Source of the DNA: Clostridia bacterium
Lineage (GTDB): Bacteria > Bacillota > Clostridia > UMGS1883 > UMGS1540
DNA: 64,000 bases
Assembly: GCA_017620205.1 (NCBI GenBank)
Contig: JAFZQX010000034.1
Coordinates: 14,506-78,505 of the forward strand
Direction: 5' to 3'
Positions 30,241-40,196 of the stretch are shown one piece after another. Numbering within the stretch: the stretch's first letter is position 1; each line of letters begins with the position of its first letter. A program made the position numbers and the translations under genes. The notes under the pieces were generated by a model, which saw only the letters and a program-made list of their open reading frames with translations, was not told the origin of the DNA and searched no databases.

Positions 30241-31257
30241 ATGTCAGTAAAAGTTGCTATTAATGGTTTTGGCCGTATCGGCCGTTTGGCTTTCCGCCAG
30301 ATGTTCGGTGCAGAAGGTTATGAGGTTGTTGCTATAAACGATCTTACAAGCCCGAAGATGCTTGCTCATCTTTTAAAGTATGACTCTTCTCAGGGCAGAT
30401 ACGCTCTCTGCGACAAAGTAACAGCAGGCGAAGATTCCATCACGGTTGACGGCAAAGAAATCAAAATTTATGCCGAAGCGGATGCTAAAAATCTTCCCTG
30501 GGGCAAAATCGGTGTAGACGTTGTTTTAGAATGCACAGGTTTCTACACATCAAAGGACAAAGCACAGGCTCATATCGATGCAGGTGCTAAAAAGGTTATC
30601 ATCTCTGCTCCCGCAGGCAATGACCTTCCCACAATAGTTTACAATGTAAACCATGACACACTCAAAGCAACGGATACAGTTATTTCCGCTGCTTCCTGCA
30701 CAACAAACTGTCTCGCTCCCATGACAAAGGCTTTAAATGAACTTGCTCCCATCCAGAGTGGTATCATGAGCACAATTCATGCTTACACAGGCGACCAGAT
30801 GACTCTTGACGGTCCCCAGAGAAAAGGCGACCTCAGACGTTCACGTGCAGCTGCCGTAAACATCGTTCCCAACAGCACAGGTGCAGCTAAAGCTATCGGT
30901 CTTGTTATTCCTGAACTCAACGGCAAACTTATCGGTTCTGCTCAGCGTGTTCCCACACCGACAGGTTCTACAACAATCCTCGTTGCAGTAGTTCGCGGCA
31001 ACGTTACAAAAGAAGATATCAACGCTAAAATGAAAGCTTCAGCAAACGAATCCTTCGGCTACACAGAAGAAGAACTCGTTTCAAGCGACATCATCGGCAT
31101 GAGATTCGGTTCTCTCTTCGATGCTACACAGACAATGGTAACATACATGCCCGAACTCGACTGCACACAGGTTCAGGTTGTTTCCTGGTATGACAATGAG
31201 AACTCTTACACAAGCCAGATGGTAAGAACTATCAAATACTTCGCAGAACTTAAGTAA
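30241..31257 (+). CDS. gap: Glyceraldehyde-3-phosphate dehydrogenase
   Basis: [17 protein letters not shown] and WYDNE motifs. Confidence 0.98.
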   Translation: MSVKVAINGFGRIGRLAFRQMFGAEGYEVVAINDLTSPKMLAHLLKYDSSQGRYALCDKVTAGEDSITVDGKEIKIYAEADAKNLPWGKIGVDVVLECTGFYTSKDKAQAHIDAGAKKVIISAPAGNDLPTIVYNVNHDTLKATDTVISAASCTTNCLAPMTKALNELAPIQSGIMSTIHAYTGDQMTLDGPQRKGDLRRSRAAAVNIVPNSTGAAKAIGLVIPELNGKLIGSAQRVPTPTGSTTILVAVVRGNVTKEDINAKMKASANESFGYTEEELVSSDIIGMRFGSLFDATQTMVTYMPELDCTQVQVVSWYDNENSYTSQMVRTIKYFAELK

Positions 31258-31335
31258 TTTCAGTTTTGTATTCAAAGTGGCTGTGCCAAAACCTTGGTCA
31301 CAGCCGCTTTTCTTTTTGAAAGGAGAAAAAAGACA

Positions 31336-32700
31336 ATGAAAAAAGTTTTAAGCATTTTAACAGCAGCTCTTCTGATTATGTCATGCATATCCGTTTTCGC
31401 GGAAAACGACGTAACGGTTGTAGTTGACGGTCAAACGGTTTCATTTGACCAGCCGCCTATAATAGAAAACGGCAGAACACTCGTTCCCATGAGAGCGATC
31501 TTTGAAGCGCTCGGCTGCGATGTTGACTATTATGAAGGCGAAGACGGCAGTCAGAATGTTTTTGCAAATAAAGGCGGCAAAAACATATCCCTGCAGATAG
31601 GCTCTGCCGATATGTATACAAACGGCGACACGGTAACGCTCGACGTTCCCGCAAAGATTGTGGGCGACAGAACGCTCGTTCCCGTTCGCGCGATATCAGA
31701 GGCTCTTGAAGCTGCTGTTGACTGGAACGGAAACACAAAAACCGTTACCGTTGAAAGCAAACGCGGCGCTCACAGATTTGTTACTCAAAAAATAACAGAA
31801 AACCAGACCGGTGCTTATACTCTTGAAGCTTCCGCAAAATATCCTATCTTATACGCCGATACGGAATGCCCGATTCTTGCCGCTATTAATGCGGAAATCA
31901 AAAAAGACGCCGAAGACTTTATAGAGGAAGCAACAAGTCTCTATGCAGAAATAGACGCTGCAGATGCCGATATTATTCCCGAAGATGCAAGACAAATAAC
32001 ATACGAGATGGATTATGACATAACTCTTGACAGAAACAACCTCCTCTCCATTGTAGAATACTACTACATGTATACAGGCGGCGCTCATCCGAATTCCCAT
32101 ATGGTAGGCAAGGTATATAACCTTAACGACGGCAGCAAAATAGCTTTAACTGACATATTAAATACAGAAGCTGTAGACCTTGACGCGATAATAGCGGAAG
32201 GTATTACAAAATATTTTGACGGCGACACGACATATGCGTCACTCGCTGTTGAAGAAAAAGAAAACGCGGGCTACTATTTAACGGACGATTCTCTCGTTAT
32301 ATTCTACGTTCCTTATCAGATAGCTTCCTACGCGGCAGGCTATCCCACGTTTGAAGTTCCGTTCTCACCCGCCGCTTTCAAATTTGACTTATCCGGCTAT
32401 AACCTTCCTGAGCTTAACTTAAACCTCGATGGCAATATCACAACGGCTTATGAATGGATTCAGGCAAGCGAAAACGACAAATTGACCGTTATAAGAGAAT
32501 ACGAAGAGCAGAATACGGATCTTTTAGGCGCACCCGGCGTGTTCAAGTTTAACATCAAAGGCAAAAAGCCCGGCTTTACGGAGCTTAAACTCCGCTACAG
32601 AAGACCGTATGAAACAGACGCTTTAAAGACGCTTATCTATAAGCTCCGCGTTGAAAACAATTTAAATGTTACAATCTGCGCTTCGGAAATAATACAATAA
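31336..32700 (+). CDS. Secreted stalk + DUF4163/DUF3298 (RsiV/PdaC-like) + chagasin-like (I42) fusion protein
   Basis: RTLVP twice (stalk); YTGGAHP and PYQIASYAAG (DUF3298); NITTAYEW, LLGAPG and YRRPY (chagasin loops). Confidence 0.8.
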   Translation: MKKVLSILTAALLIMSCISVFAENDVTVVVDGQTVSFDQPPIIENGRTLVPMRAIFEALGCDVDYYEGEDGSQNVFANKGGKNISLQIGSADMYTNGDTVTLDVPAKIVGDRTLVPVRAISEALEAAVDWNGNTKTVTVESKRGAHRFVTQKITENQTGAYTLEASAKYPILYADTECPILAAINAEIKKDAEDFIEEATSLYAEIDAADADIIPEDARQITYEMDYDITLDRNNLLSIVEYYYMYTGGAHPNSHMVGKVYNLNDGSKIALTDILNTEAVDLDAIIAEGITKYFDGDTTYASLAVEEKENAGYYLTDDSLVIFYVPYQIASYAAGYPTFEVPFSPAAFKFDLSGYNLPELNLNLDGNITTAYEWIQASENDKLTVIREYEEQNTDLLGAPGVFKFNIKGKKPGFTELKLRYRRPYETDALKTLIYKLRVENNLNVTICASEIIQ

Positions 32701-32711
32701 TTTAGAAATAC

Positions 32712-32744
32712 AAAAAGGATTGCGGCAAAGCCGCAATCCTTTTT
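32712..32744. terminator. Bidirectional terminator
   Basis: AAAAAGGATTGCGGC/GCCGCAATCCTTTTT. Confidence 0.85.
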
Positions 32745-32748
32745 ATGT

Positions 32749-32919
32749 TTTATAACTTGCCGAAGACAAATACAACTGCGGAGTAATAAAACTCAACGCA
32801 GGCGAATAACACTGCCAAGGCAATATAACTAACAGTGTTATTCCGCGTGCAGTGATATTTAACCCTCCGGTTTAAGTGATATTCAGAGAGTTATATTTTG
32901 TTTGCGGTGCAAACAAAAT
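32749..32919. repeat. Head-to-head array of AATATAACT-like nonamers separated by mini-hairpins
   Basis: Five forward and four reverse-complement nonamers. Confidence 0.8.
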
Positions 32920-32930
32920 TTTGACACTCC

Positions 32931-33560
32931 CTATTTCGCAAAAGCAGTTTTTATCGTTTTGTAAGACGATTCTATCATATCAACAACTTTAAATCTGACA
33001 TCAATTCCGTCCGCAGCGGTAATAAGAGCTATCTCATCATCCGTCAGCATACCCGAAAACGTCTCTGCGGCGCTTTTATTGCCCACAGAAGCATCCACAA
33101 AGCACAGAGGGGGAAACATGACGCACCACCAGTTTTGTCCCTCTCCTGCGCCGATTTTGACTCTTACGGCGTCATATTCGCCGGAGGGAAACGCAATATC
33201 GCCGTAATTTTTCATAGGAAAGTCGTATTTGCCCGTCCGCAGCGATACGGAATAATCATATCCGCGCTTTTCTATTTCGTCCTTTGCCGCCGCTTCCAGA
33301 AATTCTTTGTTCTCGTTTAAGACCTTCATGGTTTCTTCTTTTGTTTTGCAGTTTTCAAAAAGCTTATGCCCTTCTTTTAAAAGTCTGTCGCGCACGCAGA
33401 GCTTTAAGTTCTGGTCTTCATCGCTGTCGCTGTTTGCGAGAATATGAAGCCTTAAAACTTTTGACGACAAATCCTCCTGCACGCCGAGCGAATAGGAAAT
33501 AACGGAAAGCGAAATAATAAATGCCGAAAGCGCCGATATGGCTATTATTTTCTTTTTCAT
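32931..33560 (-). CDS. spoIIR: Stage II sporulation protein R
   Basis: RLHILANSDS..DQ.LK..VRD and GQNWWCVMFPPLCF motifs. Confidence 0.95.
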   Translation of the reverse strand: MKKKIIAISALSAFIISLSVISYSLGVQEDLSSKVLRLHILANSDSDEDQNLKLCVRDRLLKEGHKLFENCKTKEETMKVLNENKEFLEAAAKDEIEKRGYDYSVSLRTGKYDFPMKNYGDIAFPSGEYDAVRVKIGAGEGQNWWCVMFPPLCFVDASVGNKSAAETFSGMLTDDEIALITAADGIDVRFKVVDMIESSYKTIKTAFAK

Positions 33561-33590
33561 GGTCTCACCTTCATTTTTTAGTTCTAAATG

Positions 33591-33620
33591 AAGTTTTGAC
33601 AAAATTAAATAGTTTTATAC
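33591..33620 (-). promoter_or_regulatory. sigmaF-type promoter of spoIIR
   Basis: Minus strand GTATA-15-GTCAAAACTT; spoIIR is a known sigmaF target. Confidence 0.6.
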
Positions 33621-33654
33621 AAAAAAGCCGCAGCCCTTTGGCCGCGGCTTTAAA

Positions 33655-34914
33655 TTATGCTGTTTCGCTATCTTCTTTTTTCTTATAAATGATTTTGGGC
33701 TTTTCTTTTTTCTCTATCGCCTTTTTCGTCAGAATTACTTTTTCTACGGAATCGTCCGACGGGATCTCAAACATGATATCCGTCAGTGTTTCTTCCATTA
33801 TGGCGCGAAGCCCTCTTGCGCCTGTCTTTCTGTCATAAGCTTTTTGAGCTATGGCTTCAAGTGCGTCATCTTCCGCCTCAAACTCTACGTTATCATAAGA
33901 GAGAAGCTCCGTATACTGCTTAACAAGCGCGTTTTTCGGCTGTGTTAAAATAACCTTCAGCGCTTCGATATCGAGCGCGTCAAGCGTAACTGTCACGGGA
34001 AGTCTGCCGACAAATTCGGGGATAAGACCGTATTTTAAAAGATCCTCGGGCTCAATCTCACGGAGTATCTCGCCCGTTTCTTTATTCCTTGTGCCTATAA
34101 CGTCAGCTCCGAAGCCCATCTGCTTCTTGCCGATTCTGTTTAAAATAACTTTATCAAGTCCGTCAAAAGCACCGCCCGCGATAAAGAGGATGTTTGACGT
34201 GTCTATCTGAATAAACTCCTGATGCGGGTGCTTTCTGCCGCCCTGGGGAGGCACGGAAGCTACGGTACCCTCAAGTATTTTTAAAAGCGCCTGCTGAACG
34301 CCCTCGCCGCTTACGTCTCTTGTTATAGACGGGTTTTCGCTTTTCTTTGATATCTTATCTATCTCGTCTATATAAATAATACCTCTTGATGCGCGGTCGA
34401 TATCAAAATCAGCCGCCTGGATAAGACGGAGCAGTATGTTTTCAACGTCCTCGCCCACATATCCCGCTTCCGTAAGCGTTGTAGCGTCCGCTATCGCAAA
34501 CGGAACGTCAAGAATTTTTGCAAGCGTCTGCGCCAAAAGCGTTTTGCCCGAGCCCGTGGGGCCCAGCAGCAGAATATTGCTCTTTTGAAGCTCAACGTCC
34601 GTTTTTTTCAGTGACGCTATTCTTTTATAGTGGTTATAAACCGCAACGGCAAGGCTCTTTTTCGCTCTGTCCTGACCGATTACGTAATCGTCAAGCGCGG
34701 CTTTGATATCCGCAGGCTTCGGCACATCACCCGTTACGGGTTCTTTGCCGCCGCTTACAACGTCCGCGCCTTCGTCTATGATGTCATAGCAAAGCTCTAT
34801 ACACTCGTCGCAGATATAAACGCCGGGGCCTGCGACAAGTCTTTTTACCTGGTCCTGACTTCTGCCGCAAAAAGAACATTTTACCGTCTTTTCGTTATCA
34901 TTTTTATTACTCAA
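33655..34914 (-). CDS. clpX: ATP-dependent Clp protease ATPase ClpX
   Basis: CSFCG..ICDEC zinc finger, [17 protein letters not shown]; probable TTG start at 34914. Confidence 0.97.
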   Translation of the reverse strand: MSNKNDNEKTVKCSFCGRSQDQVKRLVAGPGVYICDECIELCYDIIDEGADVVSGGKEPVTGDVPKPADIKAALDDYVIGQDRAKKSLAVAVYNHYKRIASLKKTDVELQKSNILLLGPTGSGKTLLAQTLAKILDVPFAIADATTLTEAGYVGEDVENILLRLIQAADFDIDRASRGIIYIDEIDKISKKSENPSITRDVSGEGVQQALLKILEGTVASVPPQGGRKHPHQEFIQIDTSNILFIAGGAFDGLDKVILNRIGKKQMGFGADVIGTRNKETGEILREIEPEDLLKYGLIPEFVGRLPVTVTLDALDIEALKVILTQPKNALVKQYTELLSYDNVEFEAEDDALEAIAQKAYDRKTGARGLRAIMEETLTDIMFEIPSDDSVEKVILTKKAIEKKEKPKIIYKKKEDSETA

Positions 34915-34997
34915 ATTAGAAAACCTTTGCCTTTCTTTCAAATACATTGAAAAAATTATACGCTTAACACGAGGGAAAAGCGTATAATTCTAATTGT

Positions 34998-35579
34998 TTA
35001 TCTGGATGTTATCACTTTGTCTATCAAACCATACTTCATCGCTTCTTCAGCCGACATAAAGTTATCTCTTTCGGTGTCGCGCTCTATTGTCTCAAGCGGC
35101 TGACCCGTGTTTTTGCTGAGTATTTCATTTAAGTTTTGGCGGATCCTTATAATTCTGTCGGCATGGATTTTAATATCCGTTGCCTGGCCCTGCGTGCCGC
35201 CAAGCGGCTGGTGAATCATAATCTCGCTGTTGGGAAGGGCAAATCTCTTTCCCTTTGCGCCGCATGATAAGAGAAACGCACCCATGCTTGCCGCCATGCC
35301 TATACAAATTGTCGAAACATCGCATTTTATATAGTTCATCGTGTCGTATATAGCCATACCTGCGGTGATTGAACCGCCGGGGCTGTTTATATAAAGGCTT
35401 ATGTCTCTGTCGGGATCTTCGCTTTCCAAAAACAGCATCTGCGCTACAACAAGACTTGCCGTAACGTCATTTACCTCATCGCCGAGGAAAATGATTCTGT
35501 CTTTTAAAAGACGGGAAAAAATATCATAAGAGCGTTCGCCTCTATTTGTCTGCTCTACTACTACCGGTACCAGACTCAT
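34998..35579 (-). CDS. clpP: Clp protease proteolytic subunit
   Basis: [23 protein letters not shown] and MIHQP motifs. Confidence 0.98.
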   Translation of the reverse strand: MSLVPVVVEQTNRGERSYDIFSRLLKDRIIFLGDEVNDVTASLVVAQMLFLESEDPDRDISLYINSPGGSITAGMAIYDTMNYIKCDVSTICIGMAASMGAFLLSCGAKGKRFALPNSEIMIHQPLGGTQGQATDIKIHADRIIRIRQNLNEILSKNTGQPLETIERDTERDNFMSAEEAMKYGLIDKVITSR

Positions 35580-36891
35580 CTTTTTCCACCTCTTTCTTTT
35601 TAGCAGCTCTCTTAACTGCCGAGTTTTCGGCTAAGAATTCAAGAGTTTTGTTGGTAACTATATCTTTCTTCATGCCGTCCATTGCGCTCTTCATAAGTGA
35701 GCGCACTTTTTCAATGTCCATATTGTACATTTCAGCCGTCTTCTGAAGTTCTTTTTCAACGTCTTCATCCGTAGCTTCAATTTTTTCTGCTTCGGCAATT
35801 TTTTCAAGAATCAAGTTATCTTTAACCGCTTTTGCCGCGTTTTCTTTAAACTGTGCTCTGATACTGTCTGCTGTAGCGCCTGTATATTTAAGATATGCGT
35901 CAACGGATAATCCCTGTGACTGGAGGTTATACGCGAAGTCCTGAAGCATTCTGTCCGTCTGCTGTTCAATCATGCACTCGGGTATATCTATTTCTGTTTT
36001 TTCCGCAATTGCGGCTAAAACCTTATCTTCTTTTTCGCGGAGCGTTCTTATTTTTGCGCTCTCTTCAAGTTTCTTGCGAACGTCTGCTTTAAGCTCGTCA
36101 AACGTGTCAAATTCGCTTACGTCTTTTGCAAATTCATCGTCTTTCGCGGGGAGCTCTTTTTTCTTTATTGCTTTAATCTTTACTTTGAATTCGGCGTCCT
36201 TGCCTTTAAGGTCTTCAGCGTGATACTCTTCGGGGAACTTAAGCGCTACGGTTACGTCGTCGCCCGTTTTAGCGCCGATAAGCTGATCTTCAAAGCCGGG
36301 GATAAACTGACCGCTGCCGATCTCAAGCTCATGGTCTTCGCCTTTGCCGCCTGCAAATGCCACGCCGTCCGTAAAGCCTTCGTAGTCGATAACGGCGATA
36401 TCGCCTTTCTTAATTGCTCTTTTTTCAACGGTTACAAGACGTGCATTCTGCTCGCGCATACGCTCTATTTCAGCGTCAACGTCTTTAACAAGAACATTAT
36501 GTTCAACTTTTTCTATTTTTATTCCTTTGTATTCGGGCAGCTCAAATTCGGGTTTTAAAGGAACTTCCGCAGTGAAAACAGAATCCTCATCGCCGCCTAT
36601 TTTTTGGATGTCTACCTTCGGGCTGTCAACAGGCTCAAGTTTATGTTCTTCAATAGCTTTTTCATACGCATCGGGGAACGCGATGTTTATAGCGTCCTCA
36701 TAGAAAACGCCTTCGCCGTAATATTTCTCAATAAACTTACGGGGAGCTTTTCCCTTTCTGAAACCCGGAATCGCGATGCTTTTAACGCGTTTTTTGTATG
36801 CCTTTTCAACGGCTTTTTCAAAATCTGCTTTGTCTATCGTGATTTCAAGCGTTGCTATATTCTTTTCCTTACTCTTAATTTCTGACTTCAT
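35542..36891 (-). CDS. tig: Trigger factor
   Basis: [10 protein letters not shown] ribosome-binding motif; FKBP domain FIPGFEDQL; tig-clpP-clpX synteny. Confidence 0.97.
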   Translation of the reverse strand: MKSEIKSKEKNIATLEITIDKADFEKAVEKAYKKRVKSIAIPGFRKGKAPRKFIEKYYGEGVFYEDAINIAFPDAYEKAIEEHKLEPVDSPKVDIQKIGGDEDSVFTAEVPLKPEFELPEYKGIKIEKVEHNVLVKDVDAEIERMREQNARLVTVEKRAIKKGDIAVIDYEGFTDGVAFAGGKGEDHELEIGSGQFIPGFEDQLIGAKTGDDVTVALKFPEEYHAEDLKGKDAEFKVKIKAIKKKELPAKDDEFAKDVSEFDTFDELKADVRKKLEESAKIRTLREKEDKVLAAIAEKTEIDIPECMIEQQTDRMLQDFAYNLQSQGLSVDAYLKYTGATADSIRAQFKENAAKAVKDNLILEKIAEAEKIEATDEDVEKELQKTAEMYNMDIEKVRSLMKSAMDGMKKDIVTNKTLEFLAENSAVKRAAKKKEVEKDESGTGSSRADK

Positions 36892-36991
36892 AAACCTTTT
36901 CCTCCAAACATAGTGTAACTACAGTATTTTTGACAGTACATAATATTATATCAGCAAAATGCAAATATTTCAAGCATTTTCTTTGAAAAAA

Positions 36992-38122
36992 TCAAACAAA
37001 AATTCTCGGCACTCTTTTGCCTATTCCGCAGACAACTTCATAGTTTATTGTATCGCAAAGCTTTGCTATTTCGTCAGCCGTAATTTCGTTTTCATTATCG
37101 CGTCCGATAAGCGTAACCTCGTCCATCTCGGAAACGCCCGGGATATCCGTAACGTCAACCATAAACTGGTCCATGCAAACTCTGCCGGTTATAGGCGCCG
37201 CCTTCCCTCTTATCAGCACTCTGCCCTTATTTGACAAATGCCTCGGATATCCGTCCGCATAGCCTACGGGGATTGTTGCTATCTTTCTTTCGCCATCCGT
37301 CACATACGTCTGACCGTAGCTTATGCCCGTGCCTGCGGGAACGGACTTAAGATTTACAACGTGAGACTTAAGCTCTAAGGCAGGTTTTAAAGATATAAGG
37401 CTTTTATCCACCTCGTCCGACGGATAAAGTCCGTAAAGGATAATGCCGGCTCTTACCATTTCATAGTAGCAGTGCGGAAATTCCATTATGCCCGCGCTGT
37501 TGCAGATATGGCGAAGAGGGATATAAACGCCCGCGTCTTTAAGCTTTTCGCACATCGTGTCAAAGCGTTTAAGCTGCAGTGCGGAAAAGTCCTTATTTTT
37601 CTCGTCCGCCGTCGCAAAGTGTGAAAAAATGCCGACTATTTCAGTATTTGGCAGTCCGCTTATATATTTGATCTTTGAAACGCTTTCGTCGTTTATTTGG
37701 AAGCCTATGCGCGACATGCCCGTATCAAGCGCTATATGTATTTTGCCCGTTTTGCCGCTGTCTTTTGCTTCCTCAGACAGCTTTTCGGCAGCGTCTTGGC
37801 TATAAACCGTCAGCGCTATGTCGTATTTTAAAGCGTCCTTATAAAACAAGGGCGAGGTATGCCCCAAAATCATAATAGGCTTCACTATTGCGTTTTCGCG
37901 CAGCGATATTGCTTCTTCCATAACCGCAACGGCATAGTAATCCGCTATGGGGTCTATAACGCGCGCAGTTTCCGCCGCGCCGTGACCGTATCCGTCCGCT
38001 TTTATAACGGCGGTGATTTTCGTATCTCCTACCTTTTTGCGTATCTCCGAAATATTATGAAAAAGCGCGTCTTTATTTATTTTTGCATAAACACGTCTGT
38101 ATGTTTCCAAGCCTATCATCAT
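36992..38122 (-). CDS. alr: Alanine racemase
   Basis: AVIKADGYGHG PLP lysine; DTGMSRIG, GYADG and GRVCMD motifs. Confidence 0.96.
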   Translation of the reverse strand: MMIGLETYRRVYAKINKDALFHNISEIRKKVGDTKITAVIKADGYGHGAAETARVIDPIADYYAVAVMEEAISLRENAIVKPIMILGHTSPLFYKDALKYDIALTVYSQDAAEKLSEEAKDSGKTGKIHIALDTGMSRIGFQINDESVSKIKYISGLPNTEIVGIFSHFATADEKNKDFSALQLKRFDTMCEKLKDAGVYIPLRHICNSAGIMEFPHCYYEMVRAGIILYGLYPSDEVDKSLISLKPALELKSHVVNLKSVPAGTGISYGQTYVTDGERKIATIPVGYADGYPRHLSNKGRVLIRGKAAPITGRVCMDQFMVDVTDIPGVSEMDEVTLIGRDNENEITADEIAKLCDTINYEVVCGIGKRVPRIFV

Positions 38123-38136
38123 TCCCTTCTCACTGT

Positions 38137-38165
38137 ATTATAAGGATATTTGCGCCTGTTGTCAA
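38137..38165 (-). promoter_or_regulatory. sigmaA promoter of alr
   Basis: Consensus TTGACA-17-TATAAT on the minus strand. Confidence 0.8.
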
Positions 38166-38203
38166 GCGCTAACAGAAAAAAGTCGCCATGGCCGGGGTGG
38201 CTC

Positions 38204-38295
38204 AATATAGTGCAGAATGGACAAACGGAACCAAAGCGGAGCTTTGGGTTACCCGAAGGCGTACAAAGGTACGTCGAGAGGTGACGTTTGTTCAT
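38204..38295. repeat. Structured dispersed repeat, copy A
   Basis: Shares AATATAGT.CAGA, CAAACGGAAC and CCCGAAGGCGTACA.A.GTACG with 52977-53042. Confidence 0.7.
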
Positions 38296-38317
38296 AGCAA
38301 AAAAGCTTAAATTCAAA

Positions 38318-38351
38318 AGGGATACACAAAAAGTAATTTTTGTGTATCCCA
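38318..38351 (-). terminator. Terminator of hydrogenase operon
   Basis: GGGATACACAAAAA/TTTTTGTGTATCCC. Confidence 0.75.
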
Positions 38352-38441
38352 ACTTTGATTTTTCTCTTAAAGTCTTTCGACTAATCTCTCACAACACATA
38401 TTTGCTTTTTTGCGCTCTGTGCATAGTGAGACAGCCCTTAA

Positions 38442-40178
38442 TTAATATTTAGGTCTTTCGATATAGTGCGTATGCAGGAGTTCGTGAGCCTTGTGTGAAC
38501 CCGGCTTTTCAAGGAATTCCTTGTAGAGCATATCAATATCGGGATTAAGGTGACTCTGACGGACTGTTGAAGTTTTGTCTTCTTCATAAAGAGCTTTAGC
38601 ACGTTCTGCTCTGAGGTCAATGTCCATACGGCATTTTGAAGGAACAATGGGCTGACCGCCGCCTGTTACACAGCCGCCGGGGCATGCCATGATTTCAATA
38701 AACGTATAGTTTGCTTTGCCTTCGCGGATATTGTTTAAGAGCTTTCTTGCGTTGCCGAGGCCGTGAGCTATTGCAACTTTAACTTCTTTGCCGCCAACCG
38801 TAAGCGCTGCTTCTTTGATGCCTTCCGTACCGCGGACAGCTTCAAAGTCGAGCTTTTCGAGGGGCTTGCCGTCAAGGATTTCAACTACCGTACGAAGAGC
38901 AGCTTCCATAACGCCGCCCGTTGCGCCGAAGATAACGCCGGCACCTGTGTCAACACCGAAGGGATTGTCAAACTTCTCATCGGGAAGAGCCGTGAAGTTT
39001 ATGCCGTGCTGTTTAATCATTCTTGCGAGCTCGCGTGTTGAGATAACAATATCAACATCGGGGTACTTGCCGCCGAGTTCTTCTCTCTGAGCTTCGAATT
39101 TCTTAGCTACGCAGGGCATAACGGATACAACAACCATCTTTGAGGGGTCTATGCCGTTTTTCTCAGCGTAGTAGGATTTAAGGATTGCACCGAACATTTC
39201 GTGAGGTGATTTGCAGCTTGAAAGGTTCGGAATGAAATCCGGGAAGTTGTGTTCGCAGAATTTGATCCAGCCGGGGCTGCATGATGTGATCATCGGGAGC
39301 ACGCCGCCTGATTGAATTCTTTCGAGTAATTCTGTGCCTTCTTCCATAATTGTAAGGTCGGCACTTGTATCTGTATCAAATACCTTGTCAAATCCCATGC
39401 GGTGCAGAGCAGCTGCCATTTTGCCTGTAACGGGAGTGCCTATCGGGTAACCGAATTCTTCGCCGAGACCTGCACGAACAGCGGGAGCTGTCTGAACGAT
39501 AACATATTTATCGGGATCGTTTATAGCGTTCCAAACGTCCTCTGTATTATCTTTTTCATGAAGAGCGCCAACAGGACAAGCTGTGATACACTGACCGCAG
39601 TTTACGCAGTCAACTTCGGAAAGTGATTTACCGAAAGCAGTACCAACTTCTGTTTTGATACCTCTGTTCATTGTGTCGATAACTGCAACCGTCTGAACGT
39701 TTTTACATACGTTTACGCAGCGGCGGCAGAGAACGCACTTGTTGTTGTCACGAACGATTGAAGGCGAAAGGTCGTCAATCTCGTGTTCAACTCTTGTGCC
39801 CTCAAAGGGGATATCGCGGATACCGAATTCTTCAGCGAGTTTCTGAAGTTCGCAGTTCTGGTTTCTGATACATGTAAGACACTTGCGGTCATGTTCGGAC
39901 AGGATAAGTTCGAGTGTAACTTTTCTTGCGTCGCGAACTCTTTTGCTGTTTGTTGTAATTTCAAGGCCTTCAGATACGGGATATACGCAGGCTGCCTGAA
40001 GAGCTCTTGCGTTTGAAACTTCTACAACGCACATTCTGCACGCGCCGGTCTGGCTTGCATCTTTGAGATAGCAAAGAGTCGGGATATCAATGTTTACCGA
40101 ATGAGCAGCTTCCAAAACAGTGTAGTTTGCGGGAACGCTGTAGCTTTGGCCGTTTATTTTAATATTAACATTTTCCAT
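38442..40178 (-). CDS. hndD: [FeFe]-hydrogenase catalytic subunit (group A3, HydA/HndD)
   Basis: 2Fe-2S and multiple 4Fe-4S domains; H-cluster motifs TSCSPGW, MPCVAKKFE and EIMACPGGCVTGGGQP. Confidence 0.95.
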   Translation of the reverse strand: MENVNIKINGQSYSVPANYTVLEAAHSVNIDIPTLCYLKDASQTGACRMCVVEVSNARALQAACVYPVSEGLEITTNSKRVRDARKVTLELILSEHDRKCLTCIRNQNCELQKLAEEFGIRDIPFEGTRVEHEIDDLSPSIVRDNNKCVLCRRCVNVCKNVQTVAVIDTMNRGIKTEVGTAFGKSLSEVDCVNCGQCITACPVGALHEKDNTEDVWNAINDPDKYVIVQTAPAVRAGLGEEFGYPIGTPVTGKMAAALHRMGFDKVFDTDTSADLTIMEEGTELLERIQSGGVLPMITSCSPGWIKFCEHNFPDFIPNLSSCKSPHEMFGAILKSYYAEKNGIDPSKMVVVSVMPCVAKKFEAQREELGGKYPDVDIVISTRELARMIKQHGINFTALPDEKFDNPFGVDTGAGVIFGATGGVMEAALRTVVEILDGKPLEKLDFEAVRGTEGIKEAALTVGGKEVKVAIAHGLGNARKLLNNIREGKANYTFIEIMACPGGCVTGGGQPIVPSKCRMDIDLRAERAKALYEEDKTSTVRQSHLNPDIDMLYKEFLEKPGSHKAHELLHTHYIERPKY

Positions 40179-40196
40179 TTTATTTCTCTCCTTTCC

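Noticed and set aside
32749-32919. CRISPR array
   Set aside because: Repeats are 9 bp, spacers 3-15 bp, orientation flips midway, and no cas genes are present
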